Positions 1 to 8,230 of a stretch of DNA of 52,111 bases are shown here, one piece after another (within the stretch, counting starts at the first letter, position 1; every line of letters starts with the position of its first letter). Source of the DNA: a virus (lineage: Duplodnaviria; Caudoviricetes). A program made the position numbers and the translations under genes. The stretch spans positions 1-52,111 of IMG/VR virus record IMGVR_UViG_3300045002_000011; one strand, 5' to 3'. Below the pieces are notes generated by a model. The model saw only the letters and a program-made list of their open reading frames with translations. It searched no databases and was not told the origin of the DNA.

Positions 1-125
1 CGAGCGGCGTCGGCGGCCCAAGCGGTGGCCCGAGCGTCGTCGGCCCGAGCGGCGGCCCAAGCGGCGTCGGCGGCCCAAGCGGCGTCGGCGGCCCAAGCGG
101 CGTCGGTGGCCCGAGCGTCGGCGGC
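1..125. repeat. Degenerate tandem repeat (about 18-nt unit GCGGCGTCGGCGGCCCAA) encoding AAWAAD
   Basis: Visible tandem units; 91-120 is identical to 52082-52111. Confidence 0.9.
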
Positions 126-563
126 CCCTTCTTCGATCGGTTGCCCATCGATCACTTTTTGCCAGAGATCCGCCGCGTCCTCGAGCAATCGTTTCGTGTC
201 GTCGTCCAGTCCCTCGAACATCAGCATGCCGGGGCTGGTCAGCAGCCAGACGAACCATCGGGGCGCGACGAGCGACAGATCCGCGCCGACGGGGATCGCC
301 TCGAGGAAGTGCCCGGGGAACAGCTTCGAGTCGCCGTTGCCGAGCCCTTCGAAGATCGTGTCTTCGAGATAAGCTATCGCCACGGGGATGCCGAGATCCT
401 TCTCGTAATTCCGGTGCAGCCCGGAGTGGATTGTGCAGCCGACCGCGCAGCCCTTACCGTCACTCCAATAGGTGCCGTGGATGATCTCGTCGGCTTTGGC
501 GTGCAGCTCCACGCGTCGCTGGTACTTCGCTTTGATGTTTGCGTCGTTGTGAAATGCTCTCAT
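1..563 (-). CDS. Phage hypothetical protein with Ala/Trp (AAWAAD) repeat tract; N-terminal part, continues across the contig end
   Basis: Not in the ORF track. ATG at 563 with GGAGG upstream; reads MRAFHNDANIKAKYQRRVELH...GCAVGCTIH...AADARATDAAWAADAAW and runs off position 1 without a stop. Confidence 0.8.
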   Translation of the reverse strand, partial: MRAFHNDANIKAKYQRRVELHAKADEIIHGTYWSDGKGCAVGCTIHSGLHRNYEKDLGIPVAIAYLEDTIFEGLGNGDSKLFPGHFLEAIPVGADLSLVAPRWFVWLLTSPGMLMFEGLDDDTKRLLEDAADLWQKVIDGQPIEEGAADARATDAAWAADAAWAADAAWAAARADDARATAWAADAA

Positions 564-691
564 CTTGCCTCCGGAATGTGAAGGGGTCTGTCTGTCACAA
601 GCTTAACTCGAAGGAGCCTTCCCCATGCGACGTTCCGTCGCCCTCTCGATAGCAGCTCTTACCTTCGCCATCGCCGGCGGTGTCCAGCGTT

Positions 692-961
692 TCACGCCGA
701 GCCCCCATCGTCGTAGCGGGAATGGGGGCGTCGCGGCCTGCGCTTGGCGAGGTCCTTCGCTGGCCAGCGGCGCGGCGGTCCGGCCAGCTCGTAGACGATC
801 CGGTTCCCCTCCCGGCGATCGGTGGGGCGATAGTCGTATTGCACGCCGCGGTGACAGAGCGACGCCCAAAGCCCCTCTTGCGAGTGGAACGTCTGACCGT
901 CGAACGCACCGCCGGAAAACGTGATCTCAACCCACTTAGGGGCGGGAGTTTCGTCGGGCAT
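692..961 (-). CDS. Hypothetical protein
   Basis: MPDETPAPKWVEITFSGGAFDG...; start overlaps the upstream stop (TAATG). Confidence 0.55.
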   Translation of the reverse strand: MPDETPAPKWVEITFSGGAFDGQTFHSQEGLWASLCHRGVQYDYRPTDRREGNRIVYELAGPPRRWPAKDLAKRRPRRPHSRYDDGGSA

Positions 962-1038
962 TAGTAGGGCCTCCCGCAGTGAGGGCATTTGCCGCGGACG
1001 ATCGCGAGATGCTTGCCGTTGATCTTCCATTCTTCCAT
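961..1038 (-). CDS. 25-aa microprotein with CPHCG Zn-knuckle motif
   Basis: MEEWKINGKHLAIVRGKCPHCGRPY*; TAATG overlaps at both ends. Confidence 0.55.
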   Translation of the reverse strand: MEEWKINGKHLAIVRGKCPHCGRPY

Positions 1039-1490
1039 TAAACGCTTGCGAATTGCGCAATGCAGTACGAAACAAAACCCGACGATTCGAAACACGCCTC
1101 GATCGCGCGGCTAATCGTCGGCGGAGGAGCGACTGCGGCCAGCGTTTCTCGACGGTCGCCCGATCCAATGAGCCGGGCCGCCGCCTCCATTCGCCGCTCG
1201 ATTCGCTTCCGAGATTCGGGCGTCTCGCCGTCGAGCGTGTCGGTGCGCTGGCGGGGCAGCCGGCGGAGGGGCCGCAGAGGCGAGAGATCGACGAGGCCCT
1301 CGGCGAAGAGGACCCGGCGGTGCTTGATGATCGTCGAGCGATGCCGGTCCGGGATGAGCTCGGCGATCGCCGCGGGATGCGGGAAGCGGCCGGCCGCGAC
1401 GAGCTGCCGGCATGCGTCGAGGATCCGGCCCCGGATCTCATCGCCCTGGGCGACGCGCGCCTGGATCGCTTCGGAGGGGTTGGGATTCAC
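1038..1490 (-). CDS. Putative winged-helix DNA-binding protein
   Basis: RILDACRQL...PAAIAELIPDRHRSTIIKHRRVLFAEGLV pattern; GTG start overlapping the upstream TGA. Confidence 0.55.
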   Translation of the reverse strand: MNPNPSEAIQARVAQGDEIRGRILDACRQLVAAGRFPHPAAIAELIPDRHRSTIIKHRRVLFAEGLVDLSPLRPLRRLPRQRTDTLDGETPESRKRIERRMEAAARLIGSGDRRETLAAVAPPPTISRAIEACFESSGFVSYCIAQFASV

Positions 1491-1708
1491 GAACGACCTC
1501 CTCTCGCCGGCTTCCGCTTGTTCCACAAGCGGATGACCTGCTCGGAGTCCAGCCCCGCGGAGAGCCGCTTGTAAGCGCTTTTGGCCAGGAGGGCCGCGGC
1601 AGCGCGCGCCTCACTGTCCATTGGCGACTCCCCATAAACGGACTCCAGACCGAGTATGAAATCGAGGAGCTCGTTCACTGCGTTGGCTTCTCGCACCGAC
1701 ATTGACAT
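1487..1708 (-). CDS. Hypothetical protein
   Basis: 73-aa ORF with normal composition, coupled to the downstream gene. Confidence 0.6.
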   Translation of the reverse strand: MSMSVREANAVNELLDFILGLESVYGESPMDSEARAAAALLAKSAYKRLSAGLDSEQVIRLWNKRKPARGGRS

Positions 1709-1730
1709 CCCGTTGTGCTCCCGAGCGCAA

Positions 1731-2258
1731 TCACGCTCCGTTATCCGCCCGCTTCGTGGGTCGGCAGATCCAACTGAGGTAACCGAGCAGGCCCGCGCCG
1801 ATCATCTGCCGCAGGGTGCGGAGCGGGGAGTCGACGCCGGCCTCCCCGCGCTGCATGGCGAGCATCGAGAGCGAGCCGCTCATGGAGTTGCATGCGTCGA
1901 GCTGGTGCAGCTTCGACGCCGCGTGTCGCGCGAAGGCGGCCACGTCGAGATCGATGATGTGGAGGGCCGGTCGCACGCGGAGCGGATCCGAGCGCGTCGC
2001 CGCGCGGCCCTGGCGGAAGTTGAAGAGCGCCGCGGCCAAGAAGGCACGCTCGCGGACGGTGAGGCCGTGGAGCTCCTCGCTGTCGCGCCCGCCGAAGCAT
2101 CGGCAGCGCTTGGCCTGGTGGGCGACGCTGCCGGCCGTCATGCGGGTCAGGCACTCGTGGTGGATTGGCAGGCCGTTGGCCAGGACGGTGTGGTCGAGGC
2201 CGTCGTCGTGCACCGCTTCGTCGCACCACAGGCAGGCGAGGGTTGTCGAAGTGTTCAT
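1731..2258 (-). CDS. Hypothetical Cys/His-rich protein
   Basis: CLWC...HHEC...CRC motifs; ATGA overlap with the upstream gene. Confidence 0.6.
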   Translation of the reverse strand: MNTSTTLACLWCDEAVHDDGLDHTVLANGLPIHHECLTRMTAGSVAHQAKRCRCFGGRDSEELHGLTVRERAFLAAALFNFRQGRAATRSDPLRVRPALHIIDLDVAAFARHAASKLHQLDACNSMSGSLSMLAMQRGEAGVDSPLRTLRQMIGAGLLGYLSWICRPTKRADNGA

Positions 2259-2917
2259 CGGGGGTCCTCCGTCTCCAGCAATCGATCGGCCACGAACGTG
2301 GTGACGGCCTGGGCGGATTCGAGCGACAGCTCGCAAAGCACGCCGGCGACACGGGCGATCGCCTGGGCCTCAAGCGCGAACGTGGCGAGCTCGTCGGCGA
2401 CGGCGGGGGCCGCGGCGGCCCGGCGTAGCTGCGCCGCCGGCGGGAGGGCCGGGACGGCAAGTCCATTCGCGGGGATCACTCGCTCTCGCAGTGCCCCGTT
2501 GGGCTGCGGCTGCCGCGGTCCGCGGGGCACGCCTTTGTGGCCGCCGGGGCGGCATTTGTAGCAGCGGCCGTTCGTCGAGAGCCGCTGGTTGCACGTCTCG
2601 CAGTGGGTCCTTTTCGCGGGCGGAGAAGGCATCAGTTCCTCCTGGTGTAGAACGGAATTCATTCCGTTCGCTGTTGGCGGATCGGGAAGGGGCGAGGCGA
2701 TCGTCGCGGCCAACCGGCGGCGGACGCGCCCGAATTCGTGGCGAGCGGCTCGAGCCGCAGATCGCGGGCTCGATGCCACGCGCTCCGGGCGATGGATGTA
2801 ACGGTCGTACTCCGGCGCCTTCTTGCGCGCCCGGGCGAAACCCCGGGCGCGGAGCATGGCGCGAATGATGTGCTGGCGAATGATGACGAGCGTGGGCGGG
2901 AAATCGAGGGCGATCAT
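2255..2917 (-). CDS. Hypothetical Zn-finger protein; possibly two cistrons (second start at 2632) read through a palindromic repeat
   Basis: ATG 2917 overlaps the stop of the Rad52-like gene; internal GGAGG plus ATG at 2632 precedes CETC...CYKC. Confidence 0.5.
   Translation of the reverse strand: MIALDFPPTLVIIRQHIIRAMLRARGFARARKKAPEYDRYIHRPERVASSPRSAARAARHEFGRVRRRLAATIASPLPDPPTANGMNSVLHQEELMPSPPAKRTHCETCNQRLSTNGRCYKCRPGGHKGVPRGPRQPQPNGALRERVIPANGLAVPALPPAAQLRRAAAAPAVADELATFALEAQAIARVAGVLCELSLESAQAVTTFVADRLLETEDPR
2647..2669 (+). repeat. GTAG-tagged palindromic (REP-like) element
   Basis: GTAGAACGGAATTCATTCCGTTC. Confidence 0.9.
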
Positions 2918-3636
2918 TCGCGCGTCTCCTGGAGCCGGCGGGTCGCCGCGGCGTGGCCCGCGCGGGCCTGGTCGGGAGTCCAATCGACGACTCGGCCCGG
3001 GCAGCCCTGGCGCTTGCCCCAGGCGCCCAGGAACTCGAGCACGTGCGTGCCGTTCGCGCGATCGTGCTCCTTGGCCCAGGTGAAGAGGTCGCGGCCGGTG
3101 CCCGGGCCCTCTTGCACTGGCGCTCCGCCGCGGCCGCGGGGCGGCTTGTAGCCGCCTTGCCATTCGCCGTCGCGACCATTGCGCCCGGGCGCGCTGCCGT
3201 TGCGGGAAGCGCCGTTGGTCGCCGGCGGCTCGTCGTGTGGGGCGGCCGCCTCGAGGGCGTCGTGCACGAATTGGGGCAGGCCGTCGCCGTAGAGGTGCCG
3301 GCCGACGCCGATCTTCACGGAGGCGCGCTTGAACGCGTCGGAGAAGCCCGATTTGTCGTCGTCGCCCGAATCGGCCATGCCGGCGTAGCCGCCGGCGTCG
3401 GACTTGGTCAGCACCGAGCCGTCGGGGAGCCGAATGCTCAGGCGGCAGACGACGGAGTTTTCGAGCGGGACATATTCGTCCCACCAATTCTCGGGCCCGA
3501 GCACGTCGTCGAGCCGGTTCATCACCGCTCGCGCGGTGACGTAGTGGCAAGCCTTGCCGCCCTTGCCGAGGACGCGAACTTCGTCGCTGCCGAAGGGGCG
3601 AGCGAGCGCGACGAAGAGGTCTTGGAATTTGGTCAT
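2914..3636 (-). CDS. Rad52/Rad22-family single-strand annealing recombinase (Sak-like)
   Basis: LARPF...YVTARAVMNRLDDVLGPENW...KSGFSDAFKRASVKIGVGRHLY signature. Confidence 0.85.
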   Translation of the reverse strand: MTKFQDLFVALARPFGSDEVRVLGKGGKACHYVTARAVMNRLDDVLGPENWWDEYVPLENSVVCRLSIRLPDGSVLTKSDAGGYAGMADSGDDDKSGFSDAFKRASVKIGVGRHLYGDGLPQFVHDALEAAAPHDEPPATNGASRNGSAPGRNGRDGEWQGGYKPPRGRGGAPVQEGPGTGRDLFTWAKEHDRANGTHVLEFLGAWGKRQGCPGRVVDWTPDQARAGHAAATRRLQETRE

Positions 3637-3670
3637 TGAAGCGAACTCCTGGCAGGAAGAGCGCGGACGA

Positions 3671-3704
3671 TTGAAGCCGGTTTTGACCGGCTTTATCGGG
3701 TTGT
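3671..3704 (-). other. Degenerate dif-like recombination site (inverted relative to 8175 and 9346)
   Basis: Minus strand ACAACCCGATAA-AGCCGG-TCAAAACCGGCTTCAA resembles ACAACCTCCCGATAA-TGCCTG-TTATCACCGGCTTGA at 8169-8204. Confidence 0.4.
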
Positions 3705-4145
3705 CTCAGGTTTTGTCGGACAACGGCGGCGCGATAGGGCGACGAAGTCGTCGAACTGCTCGTCGTAGCGGAGGAACTCCGCGGTGCCGTTGAGGAGCTT
3801 CAGGTCCTTGGGCGACGCGAAGGTAGCCTCGACGACATTGAAGCCGGCGTCGCGGCAGAAATCGCGGATGAGTCCTAGCGCGGAGTCGGTGCGCCGGGTC
3901 ACGTTGTCGCGCTCGTTCCCGTCGAGCGCATGGCCGTTGATTTCGGCGAAGGCGCCGGTCTGGATCATCACGTAGCCGATCGCCTCGACCAGAACGGCCT
4001 GCACGTGCACGGCGAGGACGCAGCGGCCGAAGTGGTCGCTCGCGCTCGTCTCCGCGAGGGAGAGGACGTAGACCGTGTTCCGGACGATAGGTTGCTCGAG
4101 GAGCTTCTCGAGCGAGGGGAAGCCGAGGAAGTAAGGTGAGCTCAC
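3693..4145 (-). CDS. Hypothetical protein
   Basis: Globular-looking ORF with GTG start following a palindromic repeat. Confidence 0.65.
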   Translation of the reverse strand: MSSPYFLGFPSLEKLLEQPIVRNTVYVLSLAETSASDHFGRCVLAVHVQAVLVEAIGYVMIQTGAFAEINGHALDGNERDNVTRRTDSALGLIRDFCRDAGFNVVEATFASPKDLKLLNGTAEFLRYDEQFDDFVALSRRRCPTKPETTR

Positions 4146-4168
4146 GGGTGATGCTCCGGATGAAAACA

Positions 4169-4190
4169 AACGGAATGAATTCCGTTCTAC
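4169..4190 (-). repeat. GTAG-tagged palindromic element
   Basis: AACGGAATGAATTCCGTTCTAC, directly after the stop of 4192-4701. Confidence 0.9.
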
Positions 4191-4191
4191 G

Positions 4192-4701
4192 TTACGAAAG
4201 GTTCCAGAGCTCCTCCGCGGCGCGGGCCGCGTGGAATTGCTCTTCGGTGTCGGCGCGGTAGTAATCCGCCTCGCCGCTGAGCTCAGCGAGCCACCAGGCG
4301 AGCAGGCGTCGGGCGTCGCCGGGGTTGCCGCTGAGGTAGCCGGCGACCTCTTCGTCGATCGAGGTCGCCAGCCGGCCGCTGCGCGGGGGCAACTCGATCG
4401 TCGCGGCCAGGTCGCAGCGGCGGAAGCGCGGGGATTGCTCGATCAGCTCGCGGACTGACTGGCACTTCCAGAACTGGATCGAGCCGGCGGCCCGGTCGAT
4501 CCAGGCGGCGATCAGCGCGCTGCCGTCTTGCGGGTCGCCGCGGTAGAACGCGGCCTCGGCCCGCACCCAGTCGAGGAGCGGGAGGGCCGGGGCGAGGAGC
4601 TCCTCGGGAGGAGGAGAGAGCTCCTCGGCCGAGGAAATGGGGGGCTCGTCGCTGATGGGCCTCCGGTTGTCGATTTTCCGAAGGGCGAGTAGGGTAGGCA
4701 T
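4192..4701 (-). CDS. Hypothetical protein, first gene of the leftward early operon
   Basis: ATG 4701 with GAGG upstream, downstream of the leftward promoter. Confidence 0.6.
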   Translation of the reverse strand: MPTLLALRKIDNRRPISDEPPISSAEELSPPPEELLAPALPLLDWVRAEAAFYRGDPQDGSALIAAWIDRAAGSIQFWKCQSVRELIEQSPRFRRCDLAATIELPPRSGRLATSIDEEVAGYLSGNPGDARRLLAWWLAELSGEADYYRADTEEQFHAARAAEELWNLS

Positions 4702-4734
4702 TGGGACAACCTCTTGGCAGGGGGTTTCGTTCCC

Positions 4735-4772
4735 GGCCCCGCGAGCGTTGACGCGCCCGCGGGGCCTTTTTG
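4735..4772 (+). terminator. GC hairpin with T tract
   Basis: GGCCCCGCG...CGCGGGGCC followed by TTTTTG. Confidence 0.45.
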
Positions 4773-4783
4773 TTGCGCCTACC

Positions 4784-4812
4784 ACTCTAGCCTTAGTGAA
4801 ATACAGAGTCAA
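4784..4812 (-). promoter_or_regulatory. Leftward sigma70-type promoter
   Basis: Minus strand TTGACT-17 nt-TAGAGT. Confidence 0.65.
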
Positions 4813-4838
4813 TAGACTCAATTGAGCGATTGCCCTAA

Positions 4839-4866
4839 TTGACGCAATACGAACGTTTGGTAGAAT
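4839..4866 (+). promoter_or_regulatory. Rightward sigma70-type promoter (extended -10)
   Basis: TTGACG-16 nt-TAGAAT with TG at the extended -10 position; AT-rich region with palindromes GAGTC-AATA-GACTC and CTCAATTGAG. Confidence 0.65.
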
Positions 4867-4924
4867 TTGAGTAGGCGCTCAGATTCAATGCTGCCTAGAA
4901 TGCCGCACAGCGGCGGAGGACCTC

Positions 4925-5170
4925 ATGGCAACGCTCAACGCGGAAAAACCGATGGCACGACGCGGCGATACGCGCAGGGACGACATCACAATCAGGATCA
5001 ACGCCGAGGTGGTGAGGAAGGCACGGATCGTGGCCGACTTCGAGGGCAAGAGCCTCGCCGGCTACGTCAGCGATGCGCTAGGCCCGATCGTCGACGCGGA
5101 CCTGGCCCGTCACTCGCGGCAGGTCCTCGAGTCGGAGAAGCACCGGCCGGGGCCGAAGGGGGCGAAATAA
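4925..5170 (+). CDS. Ribbon-helix-helix (Arc/CopG-like) transcriptional regulator
   Basis: ITIRINAEVVRKARIVADFEGKSLAGYVSDAL beta-helix-helix pattern; GGAGG RBS. Confidence 0.7.
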   Translation: MATLNAEKPMARRGDTRRDDITIRINAEVVRKARIVADFEGKSLAGYVSDALGPIVDADLARHSRQVLESEKHRPGPKGAK

Positions 5171-5598
5171 TGGCGCGCACGAAGAGCCCTGCGGAGCCGC
5201 GGCTGGTTGGCGGCCCGTATCGCACTCCACGCTGCAAGATCGGAGGCATCCTCTACGACGTGCTCCTGGGCGATCTGCGAGTGACCGGGCTCACGGAGGG
5301 GCCGATTCCGTGGCCGGTCTCGATGCGGCGCGGCGGCTCGCCGCGGGTGATCGTTACCCCGGAGCTGGCCGCGGCGGTCGCGCTTGAGTCGGTGCTGGCG
5401 ATCACTCACCATTGGGGCTTCGACCGGAGTACCGTGAGCCGATTGCGAGCGAAGCTGGGGATCGGGCGCTGGACGGCCGGGACGAAGCAGCTCTGGCGTG
5501 ATCTCTGGCCGAAACGGCTGGGGCGCGAGGCCGCCCGCCGCGGCGCGGCCACCGCGAACGCGAAGCGCGCACGAGAGCGAGCCGCGGCGACCGGTTGA
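5170..5598 (+). CDS. Hypothetical protein with C-terminal HTH
   Basis: TAATG coupling; SVLAITHHWGFDRSTVSRLRAKLGI HTH-like segment. Confidence 0.65.
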   Translation: MARTKSPAEPRLVGGPYRTPRCKIGGILYDVLLGDLRVTGLTEGPIPWPVSMRRGGSPRVIVTPELAAAVALESVLAITHHWGFDRSTVSRLRAKLGIGRWTAGTKQLWRDLWPKRLGREAARRGAATANAKRARERAAATG

Positions 5599-5620
5599 AC
5601 GGAATAAATTCCGTTCTACG
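5597..5620 (-). repeat. GTAG-tagged palindromic element
   Basis: GAACGGAATAAATTCCGTTCTACG between the HTH gene and the exonuclease. Confidence 0.88.
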
Positions 5621-5635
5621 ATTCGGAGTTCCTCG

Positions 5636-6391
5636 ATGCTGATGAACTTGAAGCTCTCCCGGCCGCTCGCGGTGATCGATCTCGAGACGACCTCGGCCGA
5701 CGTGAAGACGGGGCGGATCGTCGAGTACTGCATGATGCGCGTGTTCCCCAGCGGCGCCAGCGATCGCATCCTGGCTCGGATTAACCCGGGCGTTCCTATT
5801 CCGCCCGCGGCGACCGCGATCCATCGAATCACCGACGCCGACGTGGCGGACTGCCCGCGTTTTCGCGACGTGGCGGACTCGCTATACCTCTTCCTTGAGG
5901 GATGCGACCTCTGCGGCTTCAATGCCATCTCCTTCGATCTGCCGGTGCTGCTGACGGAGTTCAGCCGAGCTGGTCTGCGATTCGGCCTCGCCGGCCGGCG
6001 GGTCATCGACCCGATGAAGCTGTATCACGCCCGCGAGAAACGCGACCTCGCGGCGGCTTTGAAGTTCTACTGCGGGCGCGACCACGACGGGGCCCACGGC
6101 GCGGAGGCCGACGTGCTCGCGACGATCGCCGTGCTCGACGGCCAGGTCGAGCGCTATGACGACTTGCCCGACGAGTTCGATGCGCTTCACGCGGCGATCG
6201 TGGACCCCGCCGCGGCGGACATCTCGGGCTGCTTCCGCCGAGAAGGGGAAGAGCTGATCTTCACCTTCGGCAAGCACGCCGGCAAGCCGCTGCGGCAGAT
6301 CGCCGCGCTCAAGCCCGACTACCTCGAATGGATGCTTAACCAGGATTTCTTGGACGACACGAAGGACCTGGTGATCGCGCACCTCCGTTAG
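5636..6391 (+). CDS. DnaQ/DEDDh 3'-5' exonuclease with C-terminal FGKH domain
   Basis: Exo I DLETT, Exo II GFNAISFD, Exo III HGAEAD; FTFGKHAG...YLEW. Confidence 0.9.
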   Translation: MLMNLKLSRPLAVIDLETTSADVKTGRIVEYCMMRVFPSGASDRILARINPGVPIPPAATAIHRITDADVADCPRFRDVADSLYLFLEGCDLCGFNAISFDLPVLLTEFSRAGLRFGLAGRRVIDPMKLYHAREKRDLAAALKFYCGRDHDGAHGAEADVLATIAVLDGQVERYDDLPDEFDALHAAIVDPAAADISGCFRREGEELIFTFGKHAGKPLRQIAALKPDYLEWMLNQDFLDDTKDLVIAHLR

Positions 6392-6584
6392 GCCCTCTTC
6401 AAAATAATCCAGAAATTCATTCTCCACCCTCTTGAACGCCATCTACGAGGCGCAGGATGCCGAGGTGGATAGCGAGTGATAGGCGCGCGGTGACTCGCGT
6501 TGGCGCGTAGTCGCGAAAGGCGGTAAGATTCGTCGCCCGACCGGTCCCCAACTGAATCGGGCACCTCAATCGAGGCAACGTGTG

Positions 6585-6616
6585 CCCCGGCTGCTCGGCG
6601 CGGCCGGGGTTTTTTG
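6585..6616 (+). terminator. Intrinsic terminator
   Basis: CCCCGGCTG...CGGCCGGGG followed by TTTTTT. Confidence 0.75.
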
Positions 6617-6878
6617 TTGCTCGCCGCGATCCAGAGCCGAAGAGAGAGCTGCGAGTGCAAGACTGTCCCAACGTCAGCACTTCGCTCCGACCCCGGCCGG
6701 CCCGTCCGCCTACGCACGTGGATGGGCCGGCCATTTTGCTGCGCGCCGGGTTGCGCCGGTCATTCCGAGCGCGACCGGCGGCGGCAAAAAATTACGGTCC
6801 GGTTGAGTTGCCCGATCGCGCTGCCGATGCAAAGAGAGTGTATCAGTCGAGAGCCACTCAAATCCGGGAGACCCAATC

Positions 6879-7373
6879 ATGCGAATCGCTTCGAGCCTTT
6901 CGCTGTCGATAGCGGTGCTTTGCGCCGCAGTCGCGCGCGGCGATGAGAGTGCACCGCCGCCGCCTCTGCCGTCGGCGCAGACGCCGGCGGCGAAAATCAC
7001 GGTGCAGGCCGACTCGGCGCCCGCCGCGGCGAACCCGCAGGTCATCACTCTGCACGTAGTCCCGACCGCGCCGGCCCCAGCTCCGCCGCAGACCGTGACC
7101 GTGCAGCTCGTGCCCACCGCGGCCGCGACGGCGCCGGCGACCGTAGCCCCCCTCGCGGTGCGGCATCCTGGCCCGCTGCGGCGGGCGATCGGCAACTTTG
7201 GGGATCGGCTCAGCCGCGTCGGCAAGACGAGCTGGATCGCCGTGCCGACGGCGCAGTATCACGTGCAGCAGGTGAACTATACCGTCACGAGCCAGCCAGC
7301 CCAGGCTGAGGTCGCGCCGAGTTCAGCTCTCGCTTCACCGCAGGCGGCTCGCAGGACCCGCTTCGGTTTCTAA
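6879..7373 (+). CDS. Secreted Pro/Ala/Thr-rich protein
   Basis: Signal-peptide-like N-terminus MRIASSLSLSIAVLCAAVARG; GGAG RBS. Confidence 0.65.
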   Translation: MRIASSLSLSIAVLCAAVARGDESAPPPPLPSAQTPAAKITVQADSAPAAANPQVITLHVVPTAPAPAPPQTVTVQLVPTAAATAPATVAPLAVRHPGPLRRAIGNFGDRLSRVGKTSWIAVPTAQYHVQQVNYTVTSQPAQAEVAPSSALASPQAARRTRFGF

Positions 7374-7496
7374 CACCTCGAGGCAACGGCCGGCGGGTCG
7401 GCGTGACCTCTCTCGGTGGTGGCTCTCCGATTCGGGACCGCCGGCCGTGTCCTCGGGGTTGGGGCTTGTTCGAGGTACAGCGGAGGGGCCGTTCCA

Positions 7497-7799
7497 ATGA
7501 CGCTGAGAGCGAAGTTCAAGGTCGACCGGATCGAGCGCACGCTTGGCAGCGCTCCGGTCACCGATCTTGAGGGCAAGACGGCCTGGAAGCAGTCCGAGAT
7601 GCGGACGCTTCTGCTCACGCCCGTCTACGGCAATGGAGACCCGAGCCACGAGAACACAAAGTTCTGGAACGCAACCCCAAGCGGCCAGTTCCAGATGAAC
7701 ACGGTTAACCTGGCGGCCGTCGATTGCCTCGAGCTAGGCCAGGAGGTCTACCTCGACATCACGCCGATCGTGGCGCAGGAGAACGCATCGGCAGCGTGA
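7497..7799 (+). CDS. Conserved phage hypothetical protein
   Basis: RAKFKV...ENTKFWNATPSG...GQEVYLDIT, a pattern recalled from small phage proteins; GGAGG RBS. Confidence 0.75.
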   Translation: MTLRAKFKVDRIERTLGSAPVTDLEGKTAWKQSEMRTLLLTPVYGNGDPSHENTKFWNATPSGQFQMNTVNLAAVDCLELGQEVYLDITPIVAQENASAA

Positions 7800-7841
7800 T
7801 GCAGTTAAGGCCGGTGGGTATTGAATCGGGGGCCGCGCGCA

Positions 7842-8051
7842 ATGACAGTCGAGACCGGCGAAGAGCAGCTCGGGGGGCGCAACCTCGCCGAGAGCTGGGA
7901 GATGGTCCGCTCGCACCCGTGTGCCGATAAACGGTGCGAGGCGGCTTTTCAGATCGCAGTTCGCTTCCTGGTGATCGGCGCTTTTTGGGGCGGAGTGCTG
8001 GCGGCGTTCATCATCCTGATGATGCACAACGGCTGGCAGTGGGGAAATTGA
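7842..8051 (+). CDS. Small membrane protein
   Basis: One hydrophobic segment FLVIGAFWGGVLAAFIILMM. Confidence 0.5.
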   Translation: MTVETGEEQLGGRNLAESWEMVRSHPCADKRCEAAFQIAVRFLVIGAFWGGVLAAFIILMMHNGWQWGN

Positions 8052-8174
8052 TTGACGTCGGCTTACGTGACGATCCGGCCACCGCCAAAATGGCCATTTC
8101 CGCAACGAGCCGCGACCGCATCAAAGTTCAACCGTAATCAGGGAGTTGCGTTGCGCCGGATTGGCACCACAACC

Positions 8175-8198
8175 TCCCGATAATGCCTGTTATCACCG
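8175..8198 (+). other. dif-like recombination site (left)
   Basis: TCCCGATAA-TGCCTG-TTATCACCG: GATAA/TTATC inverted arms around a 6-bp core. Confidence 0.6.
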
Positions 8199-8230
8199 GC
8201 TTGAGACTTCGGCTGGATGACACATCAGGA

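Noticed and set aside
2255-3550. 431-aa ORF as a single gene from 3550
   Set aside because: Its 5' half overlaps the Rad52-like gene out of frame; the real start is at 2917 or 2632.
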